Below, in pieces: positions 50,712 through 59,900 of a DNA stretch of 64,000 nucleotides (positions within the stretch are counted from its first letter, which is position 1; each line of letters opens with the position of its first letter). The stretch comes from Spirochaetia bacterium (GTDB taxonomy: Bacteria; Spirochaetota; Spirochaetia; UBA9216). Location of the stretch: contig OY776510.1 in the NCBI GenBank assembly GCA_963675665.1, positions 3,616,001 to 3,680,000 on the forward strand, given 5' to 3'. The notes under the pieces are model-generated. The model saw nothing but the letters and a program-made list of their open reading frames with translations. It ran no database searches and was not told where the DNA came from. A program made the position numbers and the translations under genes.

Positions 50712-51284
50712 ATGCCAGAACCTGATTTACTGGCCGGTATTGATGAAGCCGGCCGCGGACCTCTTGCCGGCCCTGTTACCGCCGCTGCTGTAATTCTTCC
50801 GCACACATTCGACACATCAATTCTCAACGATTCAAAGAAACTCTCTGAAAAAAAAAGGGTCGCTGCAGCATCGGTTATATTAGAAAAAGCAGTCAGCTTC
50901 TCTCTCGGATGGGTATGGCCGAATGAAATTGATGAAATTAATATTCATAACGCCAGTCTGCTTGCAATGCAGCGCGCCGCTGCCGGTCTCTCGGTAAAAC
51001 CCGTTTTATATCTTGTCGACGGGAAATTTGCACCGGAAATTGACGGGAATGTTCGTGCTGTTATTAAAGGCGATGCAACTGTTCACTGTATTATGGCAGC
51101 GTCCATACTGGCAAAAACTGCCAGAGATCTATGGATGATAAGATATTCATGGATTGAGCCCGCCTGGGATTTCGATCGTCATAAAGGATACCCTACCCGG
51201 CGACATGCGGAATTAATCAGAGCAAACGGGTACTCGCCGATACACCGCAGGACTTTTAATGTTCCTTACGGTTCTTCCGTATAA
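50712..51284 (+). CDS. rnhB: ribonuclease HII
   Basis: GIDEAGRGPLAGPV, DSKKL, VDG, KGD, AASILAK, HKGYPT. Confidence 0.97.
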   Translation: MPEPDLLAGIDEAGRGPLAGPVTAAAVILPHTFDTSILNDSKKLSEKKRVAAASVILEKAVSFSLGWVWPNEIDEINIHNASLLAMQRAAAGLSVKPVLYLVDGKFAPEIDGNVRAVIKGDATVHCIMAASILAKTARDLWMIRYSWIEPAWDFDRHKGYPTRRHAELIRANGYSPIHRRTFNVPYGSSV

Positions 51285-51501
51285 AATCGAGGGATCTCTG
51301 TAATTCTTTTGTAAACAGATTCATATCTTCTTCGAAGATGACAATTGAATGACGTTCATAGCCCGAGCCTCCGTGAGGCTTGCTTTCCACTACATTCAGA
51401 AAAAGATCTCCCTGACGATTTTCTTTAACATTAAAAAAATACGTTCTCTTCCCGTTGGAAGTGGAAGCCTTACATGAAAACAATTCTCCTCTGAGTCCCA
51501 T
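51256..51501 (-). CDS. PUR/DUF3276 single-stranded nucleic acid-binding protein (BpuR-like)
   Basis: GELFS, KRTYFFNVKENRQGDLFLNVVESK, ERHSIVIFEED; smc-rnhB-bpuR order as recalled for Borrelia. Confidence 0.85.
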   Translation of the reverse strand: MGLRGELFSCKASTSNGKRTYFFNVKENRQGDLFLNVVESKPHGGSGYERHSIVIFEEDMNLFTKELQRSLDFIRKNRKEH

Positions 51502-51524
51502 AAACGCCCCTTCTCTTTATAAGT

Positions 51525-51551
51525 AAAAAAAAGGCATCCGTCACGGATGCC
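51525..51551 (-). terminator. terminator after tRNA-Gly
   Basis: GGCATCCG/CGGATGCC stem followed by T8 on the minus strand. Confidence 0.8.
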
Positions 51552-51586
51552 GATCTATATAAGAACCGCTCGTGCGGTTACAGTTC

Positions 51587-51658
51587 AGCGCCCGATCGGA
51601 ATCGAACCGACATCATCAGCTTGGAAGGCTGAGGTAATAACCATTATACCACAGGCGC
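51587..51658 (-). tRNA. tRNA-Gly(TCC)
   Basis: GCGCCTG/CGGGCGC acceptor stem, TCAGC-CTTCCAA-GCTGA anticodon arm, TTCGATT loop; no CCA; TTGACA-N17-TATAAA upstream (51691-51719). Confidence 0.96.
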
Positions 51659-51752
51659 GTAACGTATTAAACTACGTTTTGATGTTCTGATTTATAGCAA
51701 AATCATAATTTCTTGTCAAGCAGATAAAAGACTTTATTTTAAGCACTTAATA

Positions 51753-53057
51753 TCAGGGACACTGTATAAATCCCTGCTGCCAGAGACAGCCTCCGCAGGT
51801 CGGATGCGCATTACCGAAACAGTCTTCGTCATTCTTTTCAGAAAACTCACAGGAATTACATACGGTGCACGGCGAAAATTCCTCAAACTGCAATTTCTTC
51901 CTAAGTAAACGGTATTCTTCATTCATCCATATTTCCGACAGGCTTTCATTTTTAACATCGCCGAAATGGCACGAAATACTTTTACGCTGAGTATTCTCAA
52001 GAAAAGATTCGCTATCATAAAACAGGGGTGTACAGGGACTGACCTTTCCGTCCCAGCGGATTGAAAGACTTGCTTTTTTCATAAACGGACAGACGCCAAT
52101 TCTGTGATCCATTTCATTCCCTGCTATGGAATACCATCCTCCTGCAGCCGCAGCATTTTTTACTGCCAGGCCAATCTCATCAGATACATCCATCCTGGGA
52201 AACTCAATCCGCAGATCGCCTTTTCCCCAATTGTTTGATTCCAGCTTATACAGCCTTTCATCAACAAGATTTTCAGTGAAAGGAAGAACATTGCTGATTG
52301 ACAGTTTCCCGGCTTCTACCTTTCGGCAAATATTAATTATTTCAGGCAGGTCCTTAATATTACTTTTCATTGCAACAAATGCTATGCCTATTTGGGGTCC
52401 CTGCGCGAGGTTAAAAGCTTTTAACTTGCGTAAATTCCATACATTTTCAAGAATTTCCGGAAGCATATTGCCGAGACGCACGTCTTTATAACTTTCCGGG
52501 GTTGAACCGTCCAGCGACACCCATAAAAAGTCAAGCCCTGCATCTATAAGCCGTTCGGACATCTGCCTGGAAAGCAGTGTTCCGTTTGTTATAAGTTCAG
52601 TCCGCCAGCCTCTTTTCTTAACTTCCCTGATCATCTGCAGAATATCAGGATGCATCAGGGGCTCGCCCCATCCGCCGAAGAAAAAAGTAAACCGCTGCTT
52701 CAACTGTTCAGGCGTAAGATAATCAATAAGCAACTTTTCGTGATTTTCCTTAAGTTCATATATAAGTTTTTCCGTATCTTCAATAATCTTTTCAAATACG
52801 GAATATTCCATCATACCCGTCTTTTCCTGCCAGACATTTCTGACACATGTTTTACATTTGAGATTACATTTATTTGTTACTTCAATATAAATACGCTTCA
52901 ATATATCCGATGATTGCCTTATGAAAATGCCGTCTGAATATTCCCGGATGTCATATTCCCGGTTTTCACGGAATCCGTATTTTGCGGCTATATCTTCAGG
53001 CAGCGAAATCTTTACAGTTATTTTTTTTACTTCCGTATAATCAGTTCCGGAATTCAT
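51753..53057 (-). CDS. radical SAM/SPASM protein resembling tungsten-cofactor oxidoreductase maturase (TIGR04317-like)
   Basis: AbrB-like N-terminus, CNLKCKTC, GGWGEP, CPF..WDGKVSPC, and C-terminal CTVCNSC..EDCFGN.HPTCGGCLW..IQCP. Confidence 0.8.
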   Translation of the reverse strand: MNSGTDYTEVKKITVKISLPEDIAAKYGFRENREYDIREYSDGIFIRQSSDILKRIYIEVTNKCNLKCKTCVRNVWQEKTGMMEYSVFEKIIEDTEKLIYELKENHEKLLIDYLTPEQLKQRFTFFFGGWGEPLMHPDILQMIREVKKRGWRTELITNGTLLSRQMSERLIDAGLDFLWVSLDGSTPESYKDVRLGNMLPEILENVWNLRKLKAFNLAQGPQIGIAFVAMKSNIKDLPEIINICRKVEAGKLSISNVLPFTENLVDERLYKLESNNWGKGDLRIEFPRMDVSDEIGLAVKNAAAAGGWYSIAGNEMDHRIGVCPFMKKASLSIRWDGKVSPCTPLFYDSESFLENTQRKSISCHFGDVKNESLSEIWMNEEYRLLRKKLQFEEFSPCTVCNSCEFSEKNDEDCFGNAHPTCGGCLWQQGFIQCP

Positions 53058-53149
53058 CAGAATCTCCCGTTATGTTATTATGTACTTACATGGTATATTC
53101 AGATTATAAAAAAAACAAGATATAGTTCGATTGGGCATTTATTTTAAAT

Positions 53150-53172
53150 AAAAAACCCGGCCTTGCCGGGCT
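53150..53172 (-). terminator. terminator of the 71-aa gene
   Basis: CCCGGC/GCCGGG stem followed by a T run on the minus strand. Confidence 0.7.
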
Positions 53173-53176
53173 TATC

Positions 53177-53392
53177 CTAGGCTGTCATCAGGTCTTGATC
53201 AGCGTCCAGCTTTATGAGATATCCGGTCCGCAGACAGGTTTCAAAGAGCTCTTTACTGAGAAAATCCTTAATCTCTTTTCGGTACTCATCATGCTCATTA
53301 ATGATAAGTACATCAAAACCGTCGTTCCTTTCACCAAGGATATTGAGATAATTATTAATCTCTTTGCTGCTTTTTATTCTGTACTGAACCAT
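53177..53392 (-). CDS. small hypothetical protein
   Basis: AAGGAGG SD; C-terminal LFETCLRTGYL; own promoter and terminator. Confidence 0.8.
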   Translation of the reverse strand: MVQYRIKSSKEINNYLNILGERNDGFDVLIINEHDEYRKEIKDFLSKELFETCLRTGYLIKLDADQDLMTA

Positions 53393-53419
53393 ACAGCCCT
53401 CCTTAAGCCTATACTATAT

Positions 53420-53446
53420 AAATCGGTGTAAAAAAGACTTACCTTA
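53420..53446 (-). promoter_or_regulatory. sigma28-like promoter
   Basis: TAAG-N15-ACCGATTT, same geometry as the flagellin promoter. Confidence 0.5.
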
Positions 53447-53502
53447 GTTTTTTATCACTTTAACCTTTACTTGCATTATTACTTTTTATTATTATTTTAT
53501 AT

Positions 53503-53799
53503 ATGAGTGAGTTAAGAGTTGAAAATCTGATGAAAGAATATGATCTCGAGATAGATGATATCAGATGGTACAAATCATTTGTTACTGCGCAGGAACTTCT
53601 CAGCTATGAGGACAGTATTGAAGAACTGGTACAAATCATCTGGAGCGGAAATCTTGCAGGCAGCATTCATGATATGGAAGAAAAATATCTTCTTGAACTA
53701 CAGGACCGGATTGACCGGGGGCTGACAGACGAAACCGGCATCCGCGAAATCCTTGCGGATGCCTATGCTCTTAAAAATAAACGCAGATGGAACAGCTGA
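53503..53799 (+). CDS. acidic hypothetical protein
   Basis: 98-aa ORF filling the gap; DDIRWY motif. Confidence 0.7.
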   Translation: MSELRVENLMKEYDLEIDDIRWYKSFVTAQELLSYEDSIEELVQIIWSGNLAGSIHDMEEKYLLELQDRIDRGLTDETGIREILADAYALKNKRRWNS

Positions 53800-53815
53800 T
53801 CTCTCTTATGCTGTT

Positions 53816-55558
53816 TTAATCACCGCAGATTCTTTCAATATCAATGGAGATATTTTTTAACTTTTCCCTGACGATTTTTTCGGCCTGCTCCAATTCAATA
53901 TTTTTATCCGCCCTTGACGATGCATAGAATTTTATTTTCGGTTCAGTTCCGGACGGCCTTGCGGTCACAATCGTATCATCAGCAAGTACAAACTGCAGCA
54001 CATTTGATTCAGGCAAATTAATTTTTGATTCAACATTTGATTTTCTATCTGTTTGCCTGCGCATTTTGTAATCGCGTATCACACTAACATCTATTCCGCC
54101 TAACGTTTTTGGGGTGTTGTTTCTCAGACTGTTCATCAGCTCTTTGATTCTTTCAACTCCGGCCTGTCCCTTGTATGTTTTTGATATCATCTTTTCTTCG
54201 AAATAACCGAATCTTTCATATATATCGTCAAGATGCTCAAGGAGGCTCATACCCCGCTGCCTGTCATACAGGGCCATTTCAGCCGTAATAACAGCCGCGG
54301 AAACAGCGTCCTTGTCGCGGACTTCGGTTTCAACCAGATAGCCGTAACTTTCTTCTCCGCCGAAAACGTAGCTTTCGCCTGTTGATTCGAACTCCTTTAT
54401 TTTCTCTCCGATATATTTGAATCCGGTAAGAACATCATAAACTTCCGCACCGTAGCTCTCGGCTATCAGTCGCTGCAGCTCAGTCGTAACAATGGTCTTT
54501 ACCAGCCGGGGCTTTGAAGGCATTTTATTCTGTTCCTTTAATGCGGAAAAGATATAGTCTCCGAGCAGGCAGCCAAGCTGGTTTCCTGTGACAAGACGGA
54601 ACCTGCCTGACGGATCCGGAACGGCGATACCCAGCCGGTCCGCATCAGGATCGGTTCCCAGCACAAGATCAGCACCCGTGGTTTCACCCAGTTCCAGAGC
54701 AAGTTTCATTGCGGAGGCTTCTTCAGGATTCGGATAATCAACTGTCGGGAAATTTCCGTCCGGTTCACGCTGCTGCGGAACGGTGTTTACTTTAATACCG
54801 CATTCACCGAGAATCCGCTCAACCAGCATTGTCCCTGTGCCGTGCAATGGTGTGTATACAACCTTCAGGTCCTTTCCTTTTTCACGTAGAAGGACGGGAT
54901 TAAAAAAGTAGCTCTTAACCATATCAACATACTTGTCATCAATCACGGAATCAATATATTCGAAAAGCCCTGCATCCGTCGCATCTTTCTCCGAAATTGA
55001 CGGCCTGGGTGTTTCAACCTTTTTGACCAAATCAATAATACCTGTATCATGCGGCGGGGTTACCTGCCCGCCGTCGGACCAGTAAACCTTGTATCCGTTA
55101 TATTCAGGCGGATTGTGACTTGCCGTTACAACAATTCCTGATACCGCGCCCAGCTCCCTGACTGCATATGATAACTCCGGAGTCGGCCTGAGCGAACTGA
55201 AGACAAACGCTTTTATTCCGTTTGCACAGAGAGTCAGCGCAGCTTCTTTTGCAAACAAATCCGAAAAATTGCGTGAGTCATAAGCAATTACAACACTGCC
55301 GCCGCCGTTCTGACTGTTAATATAGTCTGCCAGGCCCTGTGTCGCTTTTCTGACTGTATACGGATTCATTCGGTTGTATCCGCCGCCGATAACGCCCCGC
55401 AATCCGCCTGTGCCGAAGCTCAGATCTGTATAAAATCTATCGTTCAGGTTTTCAAAATCCTCAGAATCGATTACTTTCTGAAGTTCATTTCTGAAATATT
55501 CGTTTTGTTCGAGTTTCAGATATTCACTCGCTTTTTCCAATATCATTTCTTTATTCAT
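53816..55558 (-). CDS. pgm: phosphoglucomutase/phosphomannomutase
   Basis: FGTGGLRG, TASHNP, DPDADR, GEESYG, RPSGTEPKIK; start moved to ATG 55558 after GGAGGG. Confidence 0.93.
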   Translation of the reverse strand: MNKEMILEKASEYLKLEQNEYFRNELQKVIDSEDFENLNDRFYTDLSFGTGGLRGVIGGGYNRMNPYTVRKATQGLADYINSQNGGGSVVIAYDSRNFSDLFAKEAALTLCANGIKAFVFSSLRPTPELSYAVRELGAVSGIVVTASHNPPEYNGYKVYWSDGGQVTPPHDTGIIDLVKKVETPRPSISEKDATDAGLFEYIDSVIDDKYVDMVKSYFFNPVLLREKGKDLKVVYTPLHGTGTMLVERILGECGIKVNTVPQQREPDGNFPTVDYPNPEEASAMKLALELGETTGADLVLGTDPDADRLGIAVPDPSGRFRLVTGNQLGCLLGDYIFSALKEQNKMPSKPRLVKTIVTTELQRLIAESYGAEVYDVLTGFKYIGEKIKEFESTGESYVFGGEESYGYLVETEVRDKDAVSAAVITAEMALYDRQRGMSLLEHLDDIYERFGYFEEKMISKTYKGQAGVERIKELMNSLRNNTPKTLGGIDVSVIRDYKMRRQTDRKSNVESKINLPESNVLQFVLADDTIVTARPSGTEPKIKFYASSRADKNIELEQAEKIVREKLKNISIDIERICGD

Positions 55559-55668
55559 ATTCCCTCCTGCCGGATAATCTGTATTATGAAAAAGCAGATT
55601 CCTACTTATCATAAGCTGATAAGGGTTTTTTGAGATTCCCATATATGATAACATAGTTTACTGGAACT

Positions 55669-56068
55669 ATGAAACAATTGAAAATTCTTTTTATTGAACC
55701 GTTTTACGGCGGCTCGCACAAGGATTTCGCCGATGGTCCCCTGTAATACACAGTGCACATTATTTTGATCTTTATACTCTATTCAGGAAGATTTCGGCAT
55801 TTCAATTGTTGAAGCAATCAGGTACGGCTGCATACCTCTTTTTCCCGACAGATTAAATTATCCGGAACTTATACCCGAAAAAAATGCATCATTTTCAATT
55901 TACAGGAATGATAAAGAGCTTGTAGAGAAACTGACGGAAATTCTATTAATTTGTTATGAAAATAATATTGAGAATAATATTAATAATCTGGCCGAGCTTT
56001 TTAACGGTTTCAGCTGGCAGATACCGCATAAAGAGTACGATGACTTTTTTTCCGGCATAATAACGTAA
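55669..56068 (+). pseudogene. DUF3524 / GT-B glycosyltransferase pseudogene with frameshifts and a large internal deletion
   Basis: MKQLKILFIEPFYGGSHKDFADG then a stop at 55744; another frame gives HSAHYFDLYTL; then IQEDFGISIVEAIRYGCIPLFPDRLNYPELIP..FSW..YDDFF. Confidence 0.8.
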
Positions 56069-56166
56069 TTTACGTTCCATATTTTATTTCTTAATAAAAT
56101 TTAACTAATTTTATTATGCTATATTTTACTTAATTATCTTTTTTATCCCAAATTACAAACTTTTAC

Positions 56167-56240
56167 TTTACAGATGAAAATTTTTGTTTTATACTTTCTT
56201 TCAGTGAGAACGTTCTCAGTGAGAACGTTCTCACTGAAAG
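56167..56240 (+). promoter_or_regulatory. sigma70 promoter plus tandem LacI-type operators
   Basis: TTTACA-N17-TATACT, then TGAGAACGTTCTCA twice (56205-56218 and 56220-56233). Confidence 0.8.
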
Positions 56241-56249
56241 GATTATTAC

Positions 56250-57272
56250 GTGCCGACAATACTTGATGTAGAAAAAGAATCAGGAGTCTCAAAATCAACA
56301 ATATCCCGCTTTCTCAACGGCAAAACTGTAACCGAACAAAACAGGGTAAAAATTGAAAAGGCAATTGAAAAACTTAACTATAAAATGAATCCAATTGCCA
56401 GCGGGTTAAAATCCAGTAAAACTTTTTCAGTCGGTGTAGTTCTTCCAGATATTACTGATTCATTCTTTCCGCCTATTATCAAGGAGTTTGAGAGAAATAT
56501 GACTGAAAACGGTTATAACGTTATTCTTTCCGACTACGGCAATGATCCGCAGAAAGAAATCAGACAACTAGAACTTCTTTCCAACAAAAAAATAGACGGC
56601 GCAATAATAGCAACGTCCAATTCCTCAGGAAAACATATTCAGACCTGTATAGACGCTGGATTGCCGGTTATTTTACTTGACCGCCTTCTTCCGGATATAA
56701 AATGCGACAGCATTACAGTTGATAATTTCAATGCAGTTTATGATGCTGTCGGCAGATGCATTAAACTGGGTCATTCAAATATAGGCGCTGTTTACGGTCA
56801 GTATTATACAGACAACGAACGGATTAACGGTCTCAGAAAAGCTATGCTGGACCACGGGATTAAACCGGAGGAAAATAAACTTCTGAAAATCAATGTACAG
56901 GAGGACTCGCCCGAAGAAAACCTGGGCAGGCTTCTTGACATGAGAGACAGCCCCTCCCTGATTTTCTGTTCAAATGTATATATCGGCATAGGTGCGCTCA
57001 AAGTAAGGCTGCGCCGTAATCTTCGTATTCCGCAGGACGTTTCGGTTCTTGTATTTGATGATATAGCGACTTTTCCGAACCATGATTATGTTTCATTTAT
57101 AAAACCGGAGTTCTCAAATATTTCCCAGCCACTTTCAGAAATCGGGAAATATGCTGCCAAGCTGCTTCTTGAACGAATTAAGACACCATGGGACAGCTAT
57201 GAGGCTGTAAATATTGAGCTTAAAACCAGATGCAATATTACGGCATCTGTTGCAAAGTTAATTAAGACTTAG
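56250..57272 (+). CDS. LacI-family transcriptional regulator
   Basis: TILDVEKESGVSKSTISRFLN, YKMNPIASGL, and sugar-binding domain. Confidence 0.95.
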   Translation: MPTILDVEKESGVSKSTISRFLNGKTVTEQNRVKIEKAIEKLNYKMNPIASGLKSSKTFSVGVVLPDITDSFFPPIIKEFERNMTENGYNVILSDYGNDPQKEIRQLELLSNKKIDGAIIATSNSSGKHIQTCIDAGLPVILLDRLLPDIKCDSITVDNFNAVYDAVGRCIKLGHSNIGAVYGQYYTDNERINGLRKAMLDHGIKPEENKLLKINVQEDSPEENLGRLLDMRDSPSLIFCSNVYIGIGALKVRLRRNLRIPQDVSVLVFDDIATFPNHDYVSFIKPEFSNISQPLSEIGKYAAKLLLERIKTPWDSYEAVNIELKTRCNITASVAKLIKT

Positions 57273-57352
57273 GAAATTCTGGATTAATTTTTTTGATTTC
57301 CAAAGTCTTTTTGGTTTCAGTTTGAAACCTATAAAAAAATAAGGAGTAAAAC

Positions 57353-58300
57353 ATGAAAAAGATTATCTTGATTGTAGTCATTCTGGCTATGATGGTAATT
57401 CCTGTATTCGCAGGCGGAAAACAGGAAGAGGCTGCTGCTTCCAGCGGGAAAACCGAAATTGCCCTTATCATTAAGGCAACTGATTCCGGTTTCTGGCAGA
57501 AAGTTATCGAAGGCGGTGAAGCATTCGATGCTGATAATGCTGGAGTTAATGTAACAGTATACGGTCCGGCATCAGAAGCGGACATCGAAGAGGCAATCGG
57601 TATACTTGAAAATGTAGTTGAAAGCAGACCGGATGCTATTGTTATTGCCACAAACGCAGGCGAAGGCGCTGTACCGGCAGTTGACAATGCTCTCAGTCAG
57701 GGTATTCCGGTTATTACCGTTGACACCAAGATTCCTACTGATGTAACAAGCCATCTGGCAACTGACAACGTCCTCGGCGGAAAACTTGCTGCAGAAGCAA
57801 TGGTTGAATTCTTTAAGGAATACAACATAGAAATGAAAGGAACAGTTGCAATCGTAGCTGCAGTTGCAGGAGTTGATACAATTATTGAAAGAGACGGCGG
57901 TTTTATTGAAAAACTTTCCGAACTTGCTCCCGGAATAACAATACTTGATCCCAGATATGTTGATAATGATATTGCCAAATCCATGACAACAGCTGAAGAC
58001 CTCATTACTACATATGACGATCTTATCGGCATCTATGCCGACAACAACCACACCGGAGACGGCGTTGCAAAAGCAATCGAACAGGCAGAACTTCAGGACA
58101 AGGTTATGGTTGTCGCATTTGATGATGATGAAGATGAAATCATTGCCCTTCGTGAAGGAATAATCAAAACTCTTATTATCCAGGACCAGTACAACATGGG
58201 TTATTCAGGTTGTGCCTATGCTGTAAAGGCACTAAACGGCGAAACCCTTCCGAAATTTGTTGATACAGGTGTAAAGGTTACAAAAAAGGAAGATCTATAA
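57353..58300 (+). CDS. monosaccharide ABC transporter substrate-binding protein
   Basis: Signal VFAGG, FWQKV, GIPVITVD, ATDN..GG, ERDGGF, QDQYNMGY. Confidence 0.92.
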   Translation: MKKIILIVVILAMMVIPVFAGGKQEEAAASSGKTEIALIIKATDSGFWQKVIEGGEAFDADNAGVNVTVYGPASEADIEEAIGILENVVESRPDAIVIATNAGEGAVPAVDNALSQGIPVITVDTKIPTDVTSHLATDNVLGGKLAAEAMVEFFKEYNIEMKGTVAIVAAVAGVDTIIERDGGFIEKLSELAPGITILDPRYVDNDIAKSMTTAEDLITTYDDLIGIYADNNHTGDGVAKAIEQAELQDKVMVVAFDDDEDEIIALREGIIKTLIIQDQYNMGYSGCAYAVKALNGETLPKFVDTGVKVTKKEDL

Positions 58301-58309
58301 TAAAATGAT

Positions 58310-58359
58310 AACCGCGCAGGATAGCGTGGTTTAACCGCGCCTTCTTCCGGCGCGGTTTT
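58310..58359 (+). repeat. tandem GC hairpins between SBP and ATPase genes
   Basis: AACCGCGC..GCGTGGTT followed by AACCGCGCC..GGCGCGGTT. Confidence 0.65.
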
Positions 58360-58385
58360 CTGTTATTAATTGAAAGGAGCATTTT

Positions 58386-59882
58386 TTGAAGCAGAACTTC
58401 GATGAAATAATCCGGATGGAAAATATCAGCAAGGAATTTCCGGGTGTCAAGGCATTGACGGATGTAAACCTGAGTATCAGGTCCGGGGAAGTCCATGCTC
58501 TTGTAGGCGAAAACGGAGCAGGAAAATCTACCCTGATAAAAATTCTGATGGGGGTTCATCAGAAAAACGCCGGAAATATCTACATCAACAATAAAAAGAT
58601 TGAAATAAAGAATCCTATAGATGCTCAAAAATACGGTTTGAGCGCAGTATATCAGGATGTAACCATTGCACGCCATCTTACAGTTGCTGAAAACTTTTTC
58701 CTCGGCAAACCGCCTGTCAACAAGGCTGGATTTGTCAGCTGGAAAAGGATGATATCACAAACCCAGAAAGTCCTTGATGAGCTTAACCTTGAGATTGACG
58801 CAAAAAAAACAGTCAGGCAGCTTTCCGTGGCACAGCAGGAAATGGTTATAATAGCAAAAAAATATTTTGAACACAGCAAGGTAATAATTTTTGACGAACC
58901 GACTGCCCTGCTGGCGAATGAAGAGGTTGAAGAGTTATTCAGCATAATCCGCAGACTGAAAAGTGAAGGTGTTGCATGTATCTATATATCACACAGACTG
59001 GAAGAAATTTTCGAATTATGCGACACAGTTTCGGTAATGAAAGACGGCTTTCTGATTGCGTCAATGCCGGTTTCTGAAATTGATGAAGATGATCTTATCT
59101 CAAAAATGGTGGGACGTACAATCGAAGACATGTACAGTATCAACCATTTCAAACCTGCCGAAGAAGCGCTCAGAGTCGAAGGTCTTTCCCGATCCGGCGC
59201 GTTTGAAAATATAAATTTCAGTATACATAAGGGCGAAGTTTTCGGAATATTCGGTCTCGTAGGTTCCGGCAGAACCGAAATAGTCAGGGCAATATACGGA
59301 GCAGATTCTTTTGATTCAGGGAACATATATCTGAACAATGAAAAGGCGGTAATATCCAGTCCTGCCAGTGCTATCAGACAAGGTTTAGGTTTTCTTCCGG
59401 AAGATCGCAAATATGAAGGTCTTACAATTGATACTTCAGTTGAAAACAATATTAACATGGCGTCTTATGGAGATATTTCCAAATTCGGTTTTATAAATCT
59501 TAAAAAAGAAAAAGAACGATCTTTCAGGCAGATCGATAATATGAGAATAAAAACGCCAAGCGAAAAACAGAAAGTGATAAACCTCAGCGGCGGAAATCAG
59601 CAGAAAGTCGTTATCGGGAAATGGCTGTGCTGCAACAGCAATATTTTTATTTTTGATGAACCGACTGTCGGTATTGATGTCGGTGCAAAATCCGAAATCT
59701 ACAGACTGCTCGAAAACCTGCTTTCCGAAGGCAATGCAGTTATTATGATTTCATCATATCTTCCTGAAATAATCGGGATTGCAGATCGTATTATGGTTAT
59801 TCATGAAGGAAAGCAGACCGGAATTGTTGAACGCGGCAATTACAGTGAAGAAAAACTACTTAAACTGGCTTCCGGTTTATAA
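58386..59882 (+). CDS. sugar ABC transporter ATP-binding protein (RbsA/MglA type)
   Basis: GENGAGKST, DEPT, LSGGNQQKV; two NBDs. Confidence 0.95.
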   Translation: MKQNFDEIIRMENISKEFPGVKALTDVNLSIRSGEVHALVGENGAGKSTLIKILMGVHQKNAGNIYINNKKIEIKNPIDAQKYGLSAVYQDVTIARHLTVAENFFLGKPPVNKAGFVSWKRMISQTQKVLDELNLEIDAKKTVRQLSVAQQEMVIIAKKYFEHSKVIIFDEPTALLANEEVEELFSIIRRLKSEGVACIYISHRLEEIFELCDTVSVMKDGFLIASMPVSEIDEDDLISKMVGRTIEDMYSINHFKPAEEALRVEGLSRSGAFENINFSIHKGEVFGIFGLVGSGRTEIVRAIYGADSFDSGNIYLNNEKAVISSPASAIRQGLGFLPEDRKYEGLTIDTSVENNINMASYGDISKFGFINLKKEKERSFRQIDNMRIKTPSEKQKVINLSGGNQQKVVIGKWLCCNSNIFIFDEPTVGIDVGAKSEIYRLLENLLSEGNAVIMISSYLPEIIGIADRIMVIHEGKQTGIVERGNYSEEKLLKLASGL

Positions 59883-59900
59883 ATTTAAGGAGTAAAATTA

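Noticed and set aside
56198-56240. Repeat as a mini-CRISPR or IS end
   Set aside because: Only two 14-bp units with no spacers, cas genes or transposase; matches a LacI operator.
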